A DNA stretch of 64,000 bases from positions 55,975-119,974 of the forward strand of contig MFCA01000029.1 of the NCBI GenBank assembly GCA_001775095.1. The letters run 5' to 3'. Below the pieces are notes generated by a model. The model saw only the letters and a list, made by a program, of their open reading frames with translations. It had not been told where the DNA came from and searched no databases. The translations under genes were made by a program, and so were the position numbers. Numbering within the stretch: position 1 is the stretch's first letter; every line of letters begins with the position of its first letter. Shown here in pieces: positions 1 to 9,430 of the stretch. This DNA comes from Candidatus Curtissbacteria bacterium RIFOXYA1_FULL_41_14. GTDB lineage: Bacteria > Patescibacteriota > Microgenomatia > Curtissbacterales > GWA2-41-24.

Positions 1-64
1 TATTCACCATCTATAACCATTTTTCACCAAAACTTGCGCAAATGTCAAGTAGGCAAAACCAGTC

Positions 65-637
65 TTGTTATATAATCTTGATATGAACCTGACTGAAAGA
101 TGGGATCCAAGCCGAAATATTCCTCAAAACGATGTTGATCGTTTAGTTTTGCGGATTTTTGAAGGAAAACCAGTTGCCAGACTTGAATTGTTGCCTAGTT
201 TGAATCCGGCAATAAATAATCCATGGCAGTCTGTTGAAGATTGGGCAGCTAAGGTTCAGGAATTCTTAGGGGTAAGCAAAGAAAAGATTCAAGCAGTCAG
301 AAGAGTCGAGACTGAGAGAAGATACTGTGTAATGACCCACTATCCTAAATACTACATGATACTAATGCTTGGAGACGAACGTTTCTTGAACTGGATATGG
401 CTGGCCCATTGGGATGATGGACAGACAACCATTTCTTTTGATGGCCTAATTGCCGAAAGAGAAAAACCGAAGGGTTCGGAAGAAGAAGAGAGAGCTAAGA
501 CTGAACTTTTCAAAGAAGGCCTAGAAAAATTATCTGGTCAATATTCAGACTTTGATTGCCGCGCGAGATTAAACGCAGCTGTCGAAAGTGATAGGCAACG
601 CCAAAGATTATTTTTAGAGGGTAAGCTCGAAGATTAA
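65..637 (+). CDS. hypothetical protein (190 aa), no recognisable family
   Basis: Intact ORF in track. Possible extended -10 (TGTTATATAAT) immediately upstream, which overlaps the annotated ATG, so the true start may be the internal Met at 83. No motif recognised. Confidence 0.4.
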   Translation: MLYNLDMNLTERWDPSRNIPQNDVDRLVLRIFEGKPVARLELLPSLNPAINNPWQSVEDWAAKVQEFLGVSKEKIQAVRRVETERRYCVMTHYPKYYMILMLGDERFLNWIWLAHWDDGQTTISFDGLIAEREKPKGSEEEERAKTELFKEGLEKLSGQYSDFDCRARLNAAVESDRQRQRLFLEGKLED

Positions 638-704
638 AAGCGAGGCGATTACTAAAAAGGCAATTATAATTCCGATGGCTGTTAAAATCTGCTTTGACAT
701 TTCT

Positions 705-795
705 TCCTTTCTGTCATCCTGAACTTACCCGCCCTGAGCGAGGTCGAAGGGATTCAGGATCTATATAGATTCCGAAATGAATTCGGAATGACAAT
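705..795. repeat. GC-rich nested palindromic element (family B copy) between convergent genes
   Basis: Seen: tgtcatcctgaa...ttcaggat inverted repeat, ccctgagcgaggtcgaaggg core, then perfect palindrome attccgaa-atga-ttcggaat, bracketed by tgtcat/atgaca. The same cores recur at 13596-13650, 19859-19893, 22224-22304 and 35163-35249. Confidence 0.6.
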
Positions 796-883
796 TAGTC
801 GAAAAACCTTTGTATTCTTCGAACGAAGTGAGAAGTTTGATAGTTCTCGCTCCGCTCGAACAATAAGAGTTTTCAATAAGCCC

Positions 884-2500
884 TTAACTCTTTTTACTGG
901 CATAAGGGGTCCTTCTATATTCAGGATCATACTGGCTCATATCAAATGGATTATTATAGTCAAGACAACCGCTACAGTGAGAAGCGTGCATTTGATCAAC
1001 TGTCATTTCAAGTGAAGCAGCAAGCCCTTCCAGACTTAAATAATATAAGGAAGCAACTTTAAGATTTTTTTGAATTTCCTCTTGAGACATTATTCTATAT
1101 TGACCTTTTTTATTTTTGTCGACTGCCCCCAACTCATCACGAGAACCGATATTTACCCCTAAAAAGCACGGGTTGACAAAACGCGGAGCCAGGAATCGAC
1201 AATGGATTTCCCTGACACCGATTTCCAGTAAATGTTTAACCAAAATTTTGTAAGTATTAAGCCGGACACCGGTATCGTCAATTAAGTAAATTGATTTACC
1301 AATTATCGATGGAGATACGAAAAACTTCTTTTCGATTTGCCTTTCCCTAAGATAGGGGTCGTCCTCAATGAAAGTCCGCCTTGCCCAATCGTATCTTTCT
1401 TTGACAAGTCCACGAGTGTAGACCATTTTAAGATTGAATCTTGAAAGCTCCTGTTTAAGGGTCTCATAAAAAGTAAGGGCGCCTGGTCTAGCAGTATCCG
1501 GAACAGCCACAACATAGTCAATATTTTCAATATCATCCTTTTTGATGATCCCATCTGCAACTCTTACTGCTTCCTCTTTGGCAAGCTGTGCTCCTAAATT
1601 ATTTCTGTTTTCGCCAATTACGAAGCCATGCCACATGGAAGTTTCGTGGGAAAAATAAAGTTTTTCAAAAACACAAAAGGCGTGTTTTTTAACCGGGGTA
1701 TAGTTAGTTTGTGAAACTCCGTTTTTGTCAGCTATTAAAAGTTGCCCGGGCTCAATCCGCTGGCTATGGCGAATGTTAATTCTATCAAGGGCGCAAGTTT
1801 CAGAAGCAACAAAAACATGGCCGTTATCTTGTGTCCAAACCAGAGGCCTTACCCCCCAAGGATCACGAAGAGCCATTAACTTATCATCACCAGTTACCAT
1901 CACCAGCGAATAGGCACCTTTGACATCGGATAGAGCATTGGTAATTTTCTGCTTCCAAGTAGAACCGGGCGCGGTTACAATCAGCCATGTCAAAATTTCC
2001 GAATCTGAATCTGATTCTGTTTCGACTCCGAGTTTTTTGAGTTTATTAAAATGCCTTTTGATATCGACAACATTACCATTATGCCCAAGTGCCAATTCCC
2101 AACCTTTATATGAGGCATAAAAGGGCTGGGCGTCGCAATTTTGCCGGCTGGCGCCCTCTGTCGGGTAACGAAGATGGGCAATTGCAATTTCGCCACGGAG
2201 AGAGTGATCTTCGATTACATCAACTGAGGAAAATATTTCATTAAAAGCTCTGGCTTTTTTGTAGACTTTAAGTATTTTGCCTTGCGGTTTAACAGCCACT
2301 CCTCCCCCATTTTGACCTCTGTGCTGGAGTGCCTTACCCATCTCAATAACCGAATTGACGACATTTATGCCTCCTTGGGCATAACCGCCCGCAATTCCGC
2401 AATAATGATGGAGCTCTGTCGGAATATGTTTTGTCACAAAAAATAGCTTTTTAGGAGAATTCCTTGAATTCAGTATGAACTGCAGGCCGATTTTTTTCAA
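884..2500 (-). CDS. purF: amidophosphoribosyltransferase (glutamine PRPP amidotransferase), with N-terminal propeptide-like extension
   Basis: Ntn-amidotransferase motifs CGIAG...HRGQ...AHLRYPTEG, a PRTase region (IDYVVAVPDTARPGALTF; YLIDDTGVRLNT) and a C-terminal CFLGV/SLEGL/CSGCL block that resembles Bacillus-type PurF. About 35 residues precede the catalytic Cys. Confidence 0.8.
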   Translation of the reverse strand: MKKIGLQFILNSRNSPKKLFFVTKHIPTELHHYCGIAGGYAQGGINVVNSVIEMGKALQHRGQNGGGVAVKPQGKILKVYKKARAFNEIFSSVDVIEDHSLRGEIAIAHLRYPTEGASRQNCDAQPFYASYKGWELALGHNGNVVDIKRHFNKLKKLGVETESDSDSEILTWLIVTAPGSTWKQKITNALSDVKGAYSLVMVTGDDKLMALRDPWGVRPLVWTQDNGHVFVASETCALDRINIRHSQRIEPGQLLIADKNGVSQTNYTPVKKHAFCVFEKLYFSHETSMWHGFVIGENRNNLGAQLAKEEAVRVADGIIKKDDIENIDYVVAVPDTARPGALTFYETLKQELSRFNLKMVYTRGLVKERYDWARRTFIEDDPYLRERQIEKKFFVSPSIIGKSIYLIDDTGVRLNTYKILVKHLLEIGVREIHCRFLAPRFVNPCFLGVNIGSRDELGAVDKNKKGQYRIMSQEEIQKNLKVASLYYLSLEGLAASLEMTVDQMHASHCSGCLDYNNPFDMSQYDPEYRRTPYASKKS

Positions 2501-2520
2501 GTGGGAGTGATTTTAGGGGT

Positions 2521-3882
2521 TCAACCCGAATTTGCGGTCGGACCCCTATTTAGCCTGGAGTTGATTTGTGATGCCAAACTTGCAATTTTTACTCTTTCTT
2601 GTTTTGTCGTGTCACGATCACGGATAGTTACTGTATCATCCTCCAAAGTTTTAAAGTCGATGGTCACACAATACGGCGTGCCGATTTCGTCCTGAGAGTA
2701 ATAACGCTTTCCGATATTTCCCCGCTCATCCCAGGCAATGGGTAAAAGTTCACGGTTCACAGTTAACAGTTCACGGACCAAGCGGGCTTTTTTGACTAGT
2801 TCCGGTTTGTTGGCCAAAAGCGGGAAGACGGCAACCTTGACCGGTGCAAGTTTGGGATTAAGTTTTAGGACAACTCGGCCTTGTCCTGAGTTTGTCGAAG
2901 GATCTTTGTCTTCATTATATGCGTCAATTAAAAAGAAGAGTGCGGCGCGGTCTACACCTCCTGAGGTTTCAATAATCCATGGCAAATAATGCTTACCGGT
3001 TTCCTGATCGAAGTATTGCATATCTTGACCGGAAGATTTTTGATGTTGTGAAAGATCCCAGTCCCCCCGATTGTGAATTCCTTCGAACTCTTTCCAGCCA
3101 AAGGGTGAATCGTATTCAATATCCCAAGCATCCCGGGCATAATGGGCTCGTTCATTTTCTTCGTGCTGACGGAAACGGAGCTTGTTTTCAGTCATACCTA
3201 GCGTCCGGTACCAATTCATTCTTTCTTTTTTCCAATATTCATACCATTTTCTTGCCTGGCTTTCTTCTGGTTTGATATAAAACTGCAGTTCCATCTGTTC
3301 AAATTCTCTTGAGCGGAAAGTAAAGTTCCCCGGGTTAATTTCGTTGCGGAAAGCCTTACCTATTTGGGCAATCCCAAAAGGTATTTGCAGTCTTGTCGAG
3401 TCTAAAACATTTTTAAAGTTGACATGAACACCTTGAGTAATTTCGCCGCGAAGATAAACCTTTTGTTTAGCCTCCTCAACTACTCCTAATTTTGCCTCAA
3501 CCAAAAGATTGAATTTTCTGGACGGGGTCCATTGGGTCTTTTTGCCTTGGTGAGATTTTTCGTGACCTGCCAAATCTTCTTTTTGATCCGCCTTAAATCT
3601 TTGATGACAGATTTTACACTCCACCAAAGGATCGACAAAAGCCTTGACATGGCCGGACGCTTCCCAAACCTTTGGATTCATCAAGATTGCTGCATCAATC
3701 CCGACAACATCATTCCGTCCGTAAACAGTTGATTGCCAAAAAGCTTCCTTGATATTGTTTTTAAGTTCTACACCCAAAGGACCATAATCCCAAGTTCCCC
3801 CCAAGCCGCCATAAATTTCTGAGCCCGGAAAAATAAAGCCTCGGCGCTTACAAAGAGAAACGATCTTATCAAGAGTAGTCAT
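2521..3882 (-). CDS. glyQS: glycine--tRNA ligase, dimeric class II form
   Basis: N-terminus MTTLDKIVSLCKRRGFIFPGSEIYGGLGGTWDYGPLG is the classic GlyQS signature. Full-length, 453 aa. Confidence 0.9.
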   Translation of the reverse strand: MTTLDKIVSLCKRRGFIFPGSEIYGGLGGTWDYGPLGVELKNNIKEAFWQSTVYGRNDVVGIDAAILMNPKVWEASGHVKAFVDPLVECKICHQRFKADQKEDLAGHEKSHQGKKTQWTPSRKFNLLVEAKLGVVEEAKQKVYLRGEITQGVHVNFKNVLDSTRLQIPFGIAQIGKAFRNEINPGNFTFRSREFEQMELQFYIKPEESQARKWYEYWKKERMNWYRTLGMTENKLRFRQHEENERAHYARDAWDIEYDSPFGWKEFEGIHNRGDWDLSQHQKSSGQDMQYFDQETGKHYLPWIIETSGGVDRAALFFLIDAYNEDKDPSTNSGQGRVVLKLNPKLAPVKVAVFPLLANKPELVKKARLVRELLTVNRELLPIAWDERGNIGKRYYSQDEIGTPYCVTIDFKTLEDDTVTIRDRDTTKQERVKIASLASQINSRLNRGPTANSG

Positions 3883-4730
3883 TTTGAGGAAACAACGACA
3901 TATGTTGCGAAGGAGTCAGTCGTTGCAGAAATGGTCTTGGAAGCACTGTCGTAATTTGAATCAAGCTTTGCCCATTTGGAATCAGTATGATTGTAGCTAT
4001 AAAGTTGGGGGTTTTCGACATCTTGGGTAAGTTTGATGCTTAAAGGGGCACTTTTTGAAAAGACGGGCGCCACCGAAAAAGTACCATAAACAGGTAAAAC
4101 TACGCCTTTAATATCAAATTGGCCATTTGCCGGAACACCGACTGTGTCTGAAATAATCACAAAATAATTTTTGCCGAGAGTTGGAGAGGTCATTTGAAAA
4201 TTACCGGACTGATCTTTAAGCGTTGCTGAGCTTGCGACAATTTGCTCAAAACCCCAACCGGTTTCAGACTGATATTCTGTCTCTCCTTTGAACATATGTA
4301 TTGTCAGTTTGCCATCGGTTATCCCGGTATCCGGACTTCGAACACCTTTTGAAGCTGTACCCAGTAGAATCGATTTCTTATACTTTGGATCTTTGGTATT
4401 TACATCAATACCCGTTGCACCCCGCTGGATCTTTTCACCGGCGATATTAGGGTTGTCTGCCAAGTAAGTTAGCTCATACTCGATCTGGTCAAAATCAGTC
4501 ATATTCTCAATAGAGAGTAAAATTTCTGCGCCGTCAGAGGTTGGTGTCAAAGTCACATAGGGACGCTTTGCAACATCAATTTCATTTAGCTGTCTAACTT
4601 CCCCTGAAACCTCCTCGGGCTTAATTTGTCCAGGCCCTTTTTGAAAGATAAATAAGAAGTAAACAGCGACTAAAATACCTATAAAACCGATAGCAGCAAT
4701 GATGTAAGTGTTGCGTTTAGCCTGATCCAT
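3879..4730 (-). CDS. hypothetical membrane-anchored protein (one N-terminal TM, extracytoplasmic domain)
   Basis: N-terminal hydrophobic helix IIAAIGFIGILVAVYFLFIF followed by a 250-aa hydrophilic domain. 4-bp overlap with glyQS stop suggests co-transcription. Confidence 0.45.
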   Translation of the reverse strand: MDQAKRNTYIIAAIGFIGILVAVYFLFIFQKGPGQIKPEEVSGEVRQLNEIDVAKRPYVTLTPTSDGAEILLSIENMTDFDQIEYELTYLADNPNIAGEKIQRGATGIDVNTKDPKYKKSILLGTASKGVRSPDTGITDGKLTIHMFKGETEYQSETGWGFEQIVASSATLKDQSGNFQMTSPTLGKNYFVIISDTVGVPANGQFDIKGVVLPVYGTFSVAPVFSKSAPLSIKLTQDVENPQLYSYNHTDSKWAKLDSNYDSASKTISATTDSFATYVVVSSK

Positions 4731-4878
4731 CTCAATTTAAATTTCGAAATCCTAAATTCTAAATCCGAAACAAATCCAAATATTCAAAATTCTAAATTCA
4801 AAATACCTAATGTTCAAGAACTTGAATTTAGATATTGTTTAGAATTTCGTGCTTAGTATTTTGGACTTGCAAACAAAA
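4731..4878. repeat. AT-rich intergenic inverted-repeat element, family A copy 1
   Basis: cctaaattctaaatccgaaacaaatccaaat ... gaatttagatattgtttagaatttcg. The arms are mutually complementary. Related copies at 8069-8250, 14534-14701 and 17331-17422. Confidence 0.55.
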
Positions 4879-5502
4879 CTATAAAAACCGTGAGGTTTTG
4901 AGTTTTGTTTGAGTAAGGTTCTCAATTATGCTATCAAGAAATTGCAAAAGTTTCAAATATGACCTGTCTGTGAGTTTGATCTTTTCTTTAATCTTGCCAA
5001 AATCTGCATTTTCCAGGGTTTCAAAAAGATTTTTCGCATTTGAATTTTTGATGTTTTTCGCGGAAAAAAAACCAAGTGTTGATAAAAGTTTGATTTTAAA
5101 TGTAAGTGAGAGTAATCTAAAATCTTCGCCATCGGTAATTCTTTTAAGAAAGCCGACAAGTAGAATAAAAACAGAAAGATTTTTCTGTTTTTCCGCTGTT
5201 AAATTATCAACAAGCTCCAAAAGATGATAGATTTTATTGGCCTTTTGTTCGCTGAAATCGACTATTCCAAAAGAACGCTTTAGTTCAACTTCTGTCAATA
5301 AATCAAGATTCCTGCCCCGAGCAACAAAAATCCGACACCAATTGCCAAGTTCGAGATGACCAGCTTTTCTGGATCTTGGACGACGGACACCTTTGGCAAG
5401 TGCAACAATCTTACCATGATCGCGACTACAAATAGTTAAGATTCTATCCGCTTCTGCGAAATTACGACGCGCTAGAATCACGCCTTCGGTTTTAAAATAC
5501 AT
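4879..5502 (-). CDS. recO: DNA repair protein RecO
   Basis: N-terminal OB-fold signature MYFKTEGVILARRNFAEADRILTICSRDHGKIVALAKGVRR. Length 207 aa. Confidence 0.7.
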   Translation of the reverse strand: MYFKTEGVILARRNFAEADRILTICSRDHGKIVALAKGVRRPRSRKAGHLELGNWCRIFVARGRNLDLLTEVELKRSFGIVDFSEQKANKIYHLLELVDNLTAEKQKNLSVFILLVGFLKRITDGEDFRLLSLTFKIKLLSTLGFFSAKNIKNSNAKNLFETLENADFGKIKEKIKLTDRSYLKLLQFLDSIIENLTQTKLKTSRFL

Positions 5503-5568
5503 AACTTACTACCCCATCGATTCAGACTCGTTTGGGGAGGGTAGATAATACATGCAACAATTTGAATA

Positions 5569-7380
5569 TTAAAGCCTGAAAATGAGTTCCTTGTCGGTAT
5601 CGAGAGGGAAAGCTTTTTGTTTTTTACCAAAAGCCTCAATTTCGTAAGTATGGCCTTTTATACCACCTTGCTTTTGAATAAGAAGTTTATACTGATTGTC
5701 AACTTTTAGAGGGACTGTATATTCAATTTCGAATTTCAGCGAGCCCTCTGGCCTCAGCTCAAAAAACCCTTCAAAAACCGTTTTTGTAAGATCCTCGGTC
5801 TCGGTGAATTCCAATCCATCTGTTTTCGTAATCTTGGATCCCTTAGGAACATAAACTCTTATCCAATCTCTGTAAATCCCGGCCAGACACAAACCACCTT
5901 GACGTTCAAGTGAACAATTGTCCATTTTACGCGGGTACTTATATTCAATTGTTAGCTTTTTCTCTAAATTATTATCTTTACCTTTTTTAACAGTTTGTTT
6001 AACCTTTTCCTGAACGTAGAGATTCGATTTGGCACCGGCAAAATTGGTTTCGTTAATCAGGAAGTAATCACCATCATATTGATTGAGACGCCCGGCAAAA
6101 TTAATTTTCTCGGCGGCTTCTTGAAGATTTGCTCGTTTAAAATATAAAAGCAGATGTTTTTCACGAAGAGCTGTTATCGTCGTTCCCAAAAGATTCGGCC
6201 ACGAGGATTTGGGGGCATTAAATGCTTTATCCATCATTTGCTGCATTAAAACACCAATAATATCTTTGCGCGCGCCTTTCTCATAGGCCACTGGTTCGTC
6301 AGCAAATTTTTCCAGTTCATAAATAATCTGCGGACATGCACAAGCTTCAACTTCATCAGTTGTGAATTTGGCACCGTAGGCATCAATTGGTCCAAGTACT
6401 TTCATCATCGCCAAAACAAATTCGGTATCCAGTGCAACGATCCCGTCAATTTCTTTTTTAGCTTGGGTAGCATTGTATAGTTCCTCGAATTGTTGCATCG
6501 AGGCGTAATAGTCGGGAGAGAGGTTAGAATCCCGCAAATTTAAAGTACTAACATTCGGAAGATATTTAACAATTGGTTCGGGTGCAGGAATTTTCTTAAG
6601 AAGCGTATTATCCAACTCATAAATATCCTGTGAGCCCTCTGAGGCGATGAGGCCGTTGTTGACTCTAAAAATTGCATAGGCAGTAATAAATCCTCCGGTA
6701 GGCCGAAGTTCTTTGTCGTTCTGAAATAGGACCAGGTATTTTTTCTCGCTTGTAGCACCCATAATTTCGGGTAAAACTAAAAGCAAAGGTTTAGTATCGA
6801 CGATAAACGACTCCAGCTGATCAATAGTATTTCTGGCAGTTCTGATTTTAGTACCAGGTTTACCGGGTAAAATATCCGGATAACGCCAAGGTTGAATCTG
6901 ATCTATCCTGTTTCTGGCTTGACCTAGGCTTTTGCCTACTTCATCTATCTGAGGGGTAACTTTTGATAAAGTTTCAATAGCCTTAGCCAGTCTCTCCTGA
7001 GCAGTACCACCTAAAAATGTGCCTTCACCTTCCAAACCCAACACATCCGCATATGGTGTAATAGCCTCAGCCAGAGTACTTGCTCCTTCGAGTCCATAGA
7101 TTGCCCCATCAACACCTCTTTGGATATCGGCAACATACCAACCAAAAAGCGGGATAATCCTTAATGGGGAAAATACGAAGATAAATTTTTTTGTTGTTTT
7201 AAACTCTTTAGTAGCATCACGCAAATAGGCCTTTGTTGCATTCAAATCCTGTAATTTAAAAGCACCGACTGCTTTCTGAGTCGTCGCGATAGCCGTTCGA
7301 GCTGACAGAATTGTTAAAATCCCAAACAGACCAAAAACTGCAATAAAAACTATTAAAATAAGAATTATCCGCCTCTTCAT
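5569..7380 (-). CDS. DUF4012-like membrane-anchored protein of polysaccharide loci
   Basis: N-terminal TM, then LVLFQNDKELRPTGGFITAYA, which resembles the DUF4012 core motif. 603 aa. Assignment from memory of the family signature. Confidence 0.45.
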   Translation of the reverse strand: MKRRIILILIVFIAVFGLFGILTILSARTAIATTQKAVGAFKLQDLNATKAYLRDATKEFKTTKKFIFVFSPLRIIPLFGWYVADIQRGVDGAIYGLEGASTLAEAITPYADVLGLEGEGTFLGGTAQERLAKAIETLSKVTPQIDEVGKSLGQARNRIDQIQPWRYPDILPGKPGTKIRTARNTIDQLESFIVDTKPLLLVLPEIMGATSEKKYLVLFQNDKELRPTGGFITAYAIFRVNNGLIASEGSQDIYELDNTLLKKIPAPEPIVKYLPNVSTLNLRDSNLSPDYYASMQQFEELYNATQAKKEIDGIVALDTEFVLAMMKVLGPIDAYGAKFTTDEVEACACPQIIYELEKFADEPVAYEKGARKDIIGVLMQQMMDKAFNAPKSSWPNLLGTTITALREKHLLLYFKRANLQEAAEKINFAGRLNQYDGDYFLINETNFAGAKSNLYVQEKVKQTVKKGKDNNLEKKLTIEYKYPRKMDNCSLERQGGLCLAGIYRDWIRVYVPKGSKITKTDGLEFTETEDLTKTVFEGFFELRPEGSLKFEIEYTVPLKVDNQYKLLIQKQGGIKGHTYEIEAFGKKQKAFPLDTDKELIFRL

Positions 7381-7417
7381 AAATTTAAAATTGAAGATTT
7401 AAAATTGAAGATTTTCA

Positions 7418-8068
7418 TTATATTGCACCCTTTGTACTTATCATGGCAATTGGAGTCTTAATTACAATCCCAAGGTCATAGAGGATAGATTTTCTTTTAA
7501 TATAATCTGCATCCATCTCTACTCTCTTGTCGAAATTGATAGACGACCTACCTGAAACCTGCCAGGGCCCAGAAGCACCTGGTCTGGCTGTAAGAATTAT
7601 TTTAACGCATTTACGAGTTGTAGGGTAGACTTTTTGTTGATGAATAAGCTCATCTTGTTGATAAGCCCGGGGTCCAACAAGTGACATATCGCCAATTAAA
7701 ACATTTACTAACTGCGGTAATTCGTCAAGGGAAAATTTTCTCAAGATTTTACCAACTGATGTAATTCTGGGATCACGCTTCAATTTAAAACTGTTTTCTT
7801 GATACTGGCGCATTAGTTTTGGGTGGCTTTGCAGATATTTTTCTGCATGGACCCACGTCCCTTTGATTTTGTACATATGCATACTTCTAAACTTAAGCAT
7901 TTTAAATTGACTGCCGTCTTTACCAACGCGAAGCGGGTTATAAAATAGAGGACCAGGTGAGGTTGATTTAACCAGTAGTGCCACAAATATTATTATTGGA
8001 GAAAAAATAATAAGGCTTACAAGACTACCTATAATATCAATAGTACGTTTAGTGAAGTAGTAAAACAT
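7418..8068 (-). CDS. small monotopic phosphoglycosyl transferase (bacterial sugar transferase, PglC/WbaP C-terminal type), initiating enzyme
   Basis: Signature DELPQLVNVLIGDMSLVGPRA plus N-terminal re-entrant hydrophobic segment. 216 aa. Confidence 0.85.
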   Translation of the reverse strand: MFYYFTKRTIDIIGSLVSLIIFSPIIIFVALLVKSTSPGPLFYNPLRVGKDGSQFKMLKFRSMHMYKIKGTWVHAEKYLQSHPKLMRQYQENSFKLKRDPRITSVGKILRKFSLDELPQLVNVLIGDMSLVGPRAYQQDELIHQQKVYPTTRKCVKIILTARPGASGPWQVSGRSSINFDKRVEMDADYIKRKSILYDLGIVIKTPIAMISTKGAI

Positions 8069-8250
8069 ATCCTGAAAAATTCTAATTTCTAAATCCTAAA
8101 TCCTAAACAAATCTAAATGACCAAAATATAAAATTTAAAACAATTTAAAAAAAACAAATTTACTTTTTTGTTTTTTGAACATTTGAATTTTGATATTGTT
8201 TAGAGTTTAGAATTTAGCGTTTAGAATTTGATTAGCTATTAGGTCAATTT
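8069..8250. repeat. AT-rich intergenic inverted-repeat element, family A copy 2
   Basis: tctaaatcctaaatcctaaacaaatctaaatgaccaaaata...ttgaacatttgaattttgatattgtttagagtttagaatttag. Nearly identical to 14534-14701. Lies between a gene 3' end and the next gene start on the minus strand. Confidence 0.6.
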
Positions 8251-9351
8251 CTACAAATATTCTTCTTTCTCGGCGTCTTTGAGTTTTTCAATTATCTTCT
8301 TGACATCATGAGTTCTTCCCTTTGAGCAAACTAAGAGAGCATCCTCCGTATCGACAATGATTAGCCCTTCCAGTCCGATGGCTGCAATAACTTTCTGATT
8401 TTTGTTTGAGTAGACAAGACAGTCTTTAAGATCCAAATCAATTACCTCTCCCTGCAGTATATTGTCTTGAGGATGAGAAGCCATTTCGTCTTTTAGTTCA
8501 TTCCATGTTCCGACATCCCTCCAACCCAGATCTGCAGAGACGACTACTTGGTCTTGACCTGTCAGATGAGAATTGACCGCGAAGTCTATAGAAGTTTTAG
8601 GAATTTTTTCGTATTCTCTTTCCAAAACCGATTCCTGCTGGTCTCCCCCCCATGCTTTTTGAATTTTGGATAGAGGTACAAAGCCTTTTGGAAAGAACTT
8701 CTCAATTTGGGAAAGCATTTTTCCCGCTGGCCAAAGTGCATAGCCTACATGCCAGAGATATTCCCAGGATTCCACGAATTTTTTGGCTTGAGCAAAATCG
8801 GGTTTTTCAATTTGGGCAACAAATTCGAAAACTGCTATACCGTTAACTTTTTTTAGCATTTTGCCAACTTGTAAATAGCCCAAGGCGGTACTTGCAAAGG
8901 TCGGCCTTACACCGATTTCGACGAATTTACCAGTTTCTGCGACTGTTTGATTTGCCAGTAAAATTGCTTTGATAAATTCCGGACCGTTGCGTACTACATG
9001 ATCACACCAAATAGCCAAGACATTTGGATTATCAAACTTTTTATCCAAAACTGCGGCCGCTAAGCCGACAGCTGCACCAGTATCTCGCATTTGTGGTTCG
9101 ATAACGATGTTCTCAAGTGGAATCTGAGGAGCAAGTTTAACAATCCAACCAACACAATCACGGGTGGTTATGGGAAATATGTCACGGAAAGGGAACTCTT
9201 GTTTTAAAAGATTTACCATAATCTCAAAAGTGGACAAATTGTTGATAAGCGGCTGGAATTGTTTGGGAAGTGCCCTTCTGCTCATCGGCCACATACGAGT
9301 GCCGGATCCACCGCAAAAAAGAGCGATTTTTAAGTTTCTATGATTCTGCAT
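8251..9351 (-). CDS. mannose-1-phosphate guanylyltransferase-like sugar nucleotidyltransferase
   Basis: LFCGGSGTRMWPMSR nucleotidyltransferase P-loop. Length matches ManC without the isomerase domain. Confidence 0.7.
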   Translation of the reverse strand: MQNHRNLKIALFCGGSGTRMWPMSRRALPKQFQPLINNLSTFEIMVNLLKQEFPFRDIFPITTRDCVGWIVKLAPQIPLENIVIEPQMRDTGAAVGLAAAVLDKKFDNPNVLAIWCDHVVRNGPEFIKAILLANQTVAETGKFVEIGVRPTFASTALGYLQVGKMLKKVNGIAVFEFVAQIEKPDFAQAKKFVESWEYLWHVGYALWPAGKMLSQIEKFFPKGFVPLSKIQKAWGGDQQESVLEREYEKIPKTSIDFAVNSHLTGQDQVVVSADLGWRDVGTWNELKDEMASHPQDNILQGEVIDLDLKDCLVYSNKNQKVIAAIGLEGLIIVDTEDALLVCSKGRTHDVKKIIEKLKDAEKEEYL

Positions 9352-9430
9352 GTTATTAAAGTATCAAAGGTATCAAAGGTTATAGAACATTATGCGTATG
9401 ATACTTGTGGTACTTCTGATACTTGTGGTA
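9352..9430. repeat. tandem direct repeats (gtatcaaag x2; 18-mer gatacttgtggtacttct x2.5)
   Basis: Seen directly. The 18-mer array encodes the SQVSEVPQVSEVPQVS tail of the GT4 at 9390-10535 on the minus strand. Confidence 0.65.

Noticed and set aside
788-2196. Small track ORFs 788-1015, 1303-1560, 1725-1913, 1920-2120, 1990-2196
   Set aside because: All lie inside or antisense to the well-supported purF gene or in the repeat element at 705-795. No motifs. Treated as spurious.
884-2500. Alternative call of gene as glucosamine-6-phosphate synthase (GlmS)
   Set aside because: C-terminal half has PRTase and PurF-type Cys-cluster motifs (CFLGV, SLEGL, CSGCL) rather than SIS domains.
5503-5568. 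Imperfect hairpin ctacccc...ggggagggtag between DUF4012 gene and recO
   Set aside because: Stem imperfect and no flanking U-tract. Insufficient to call a terminator.
7381-7417. 14-bp tandem duplication ttaaaattgaagat x2 upstream of DUF4012 gene start
   Set aside because: Real but tiny. No evident function beyond a possible promoter spacer. Noted only.
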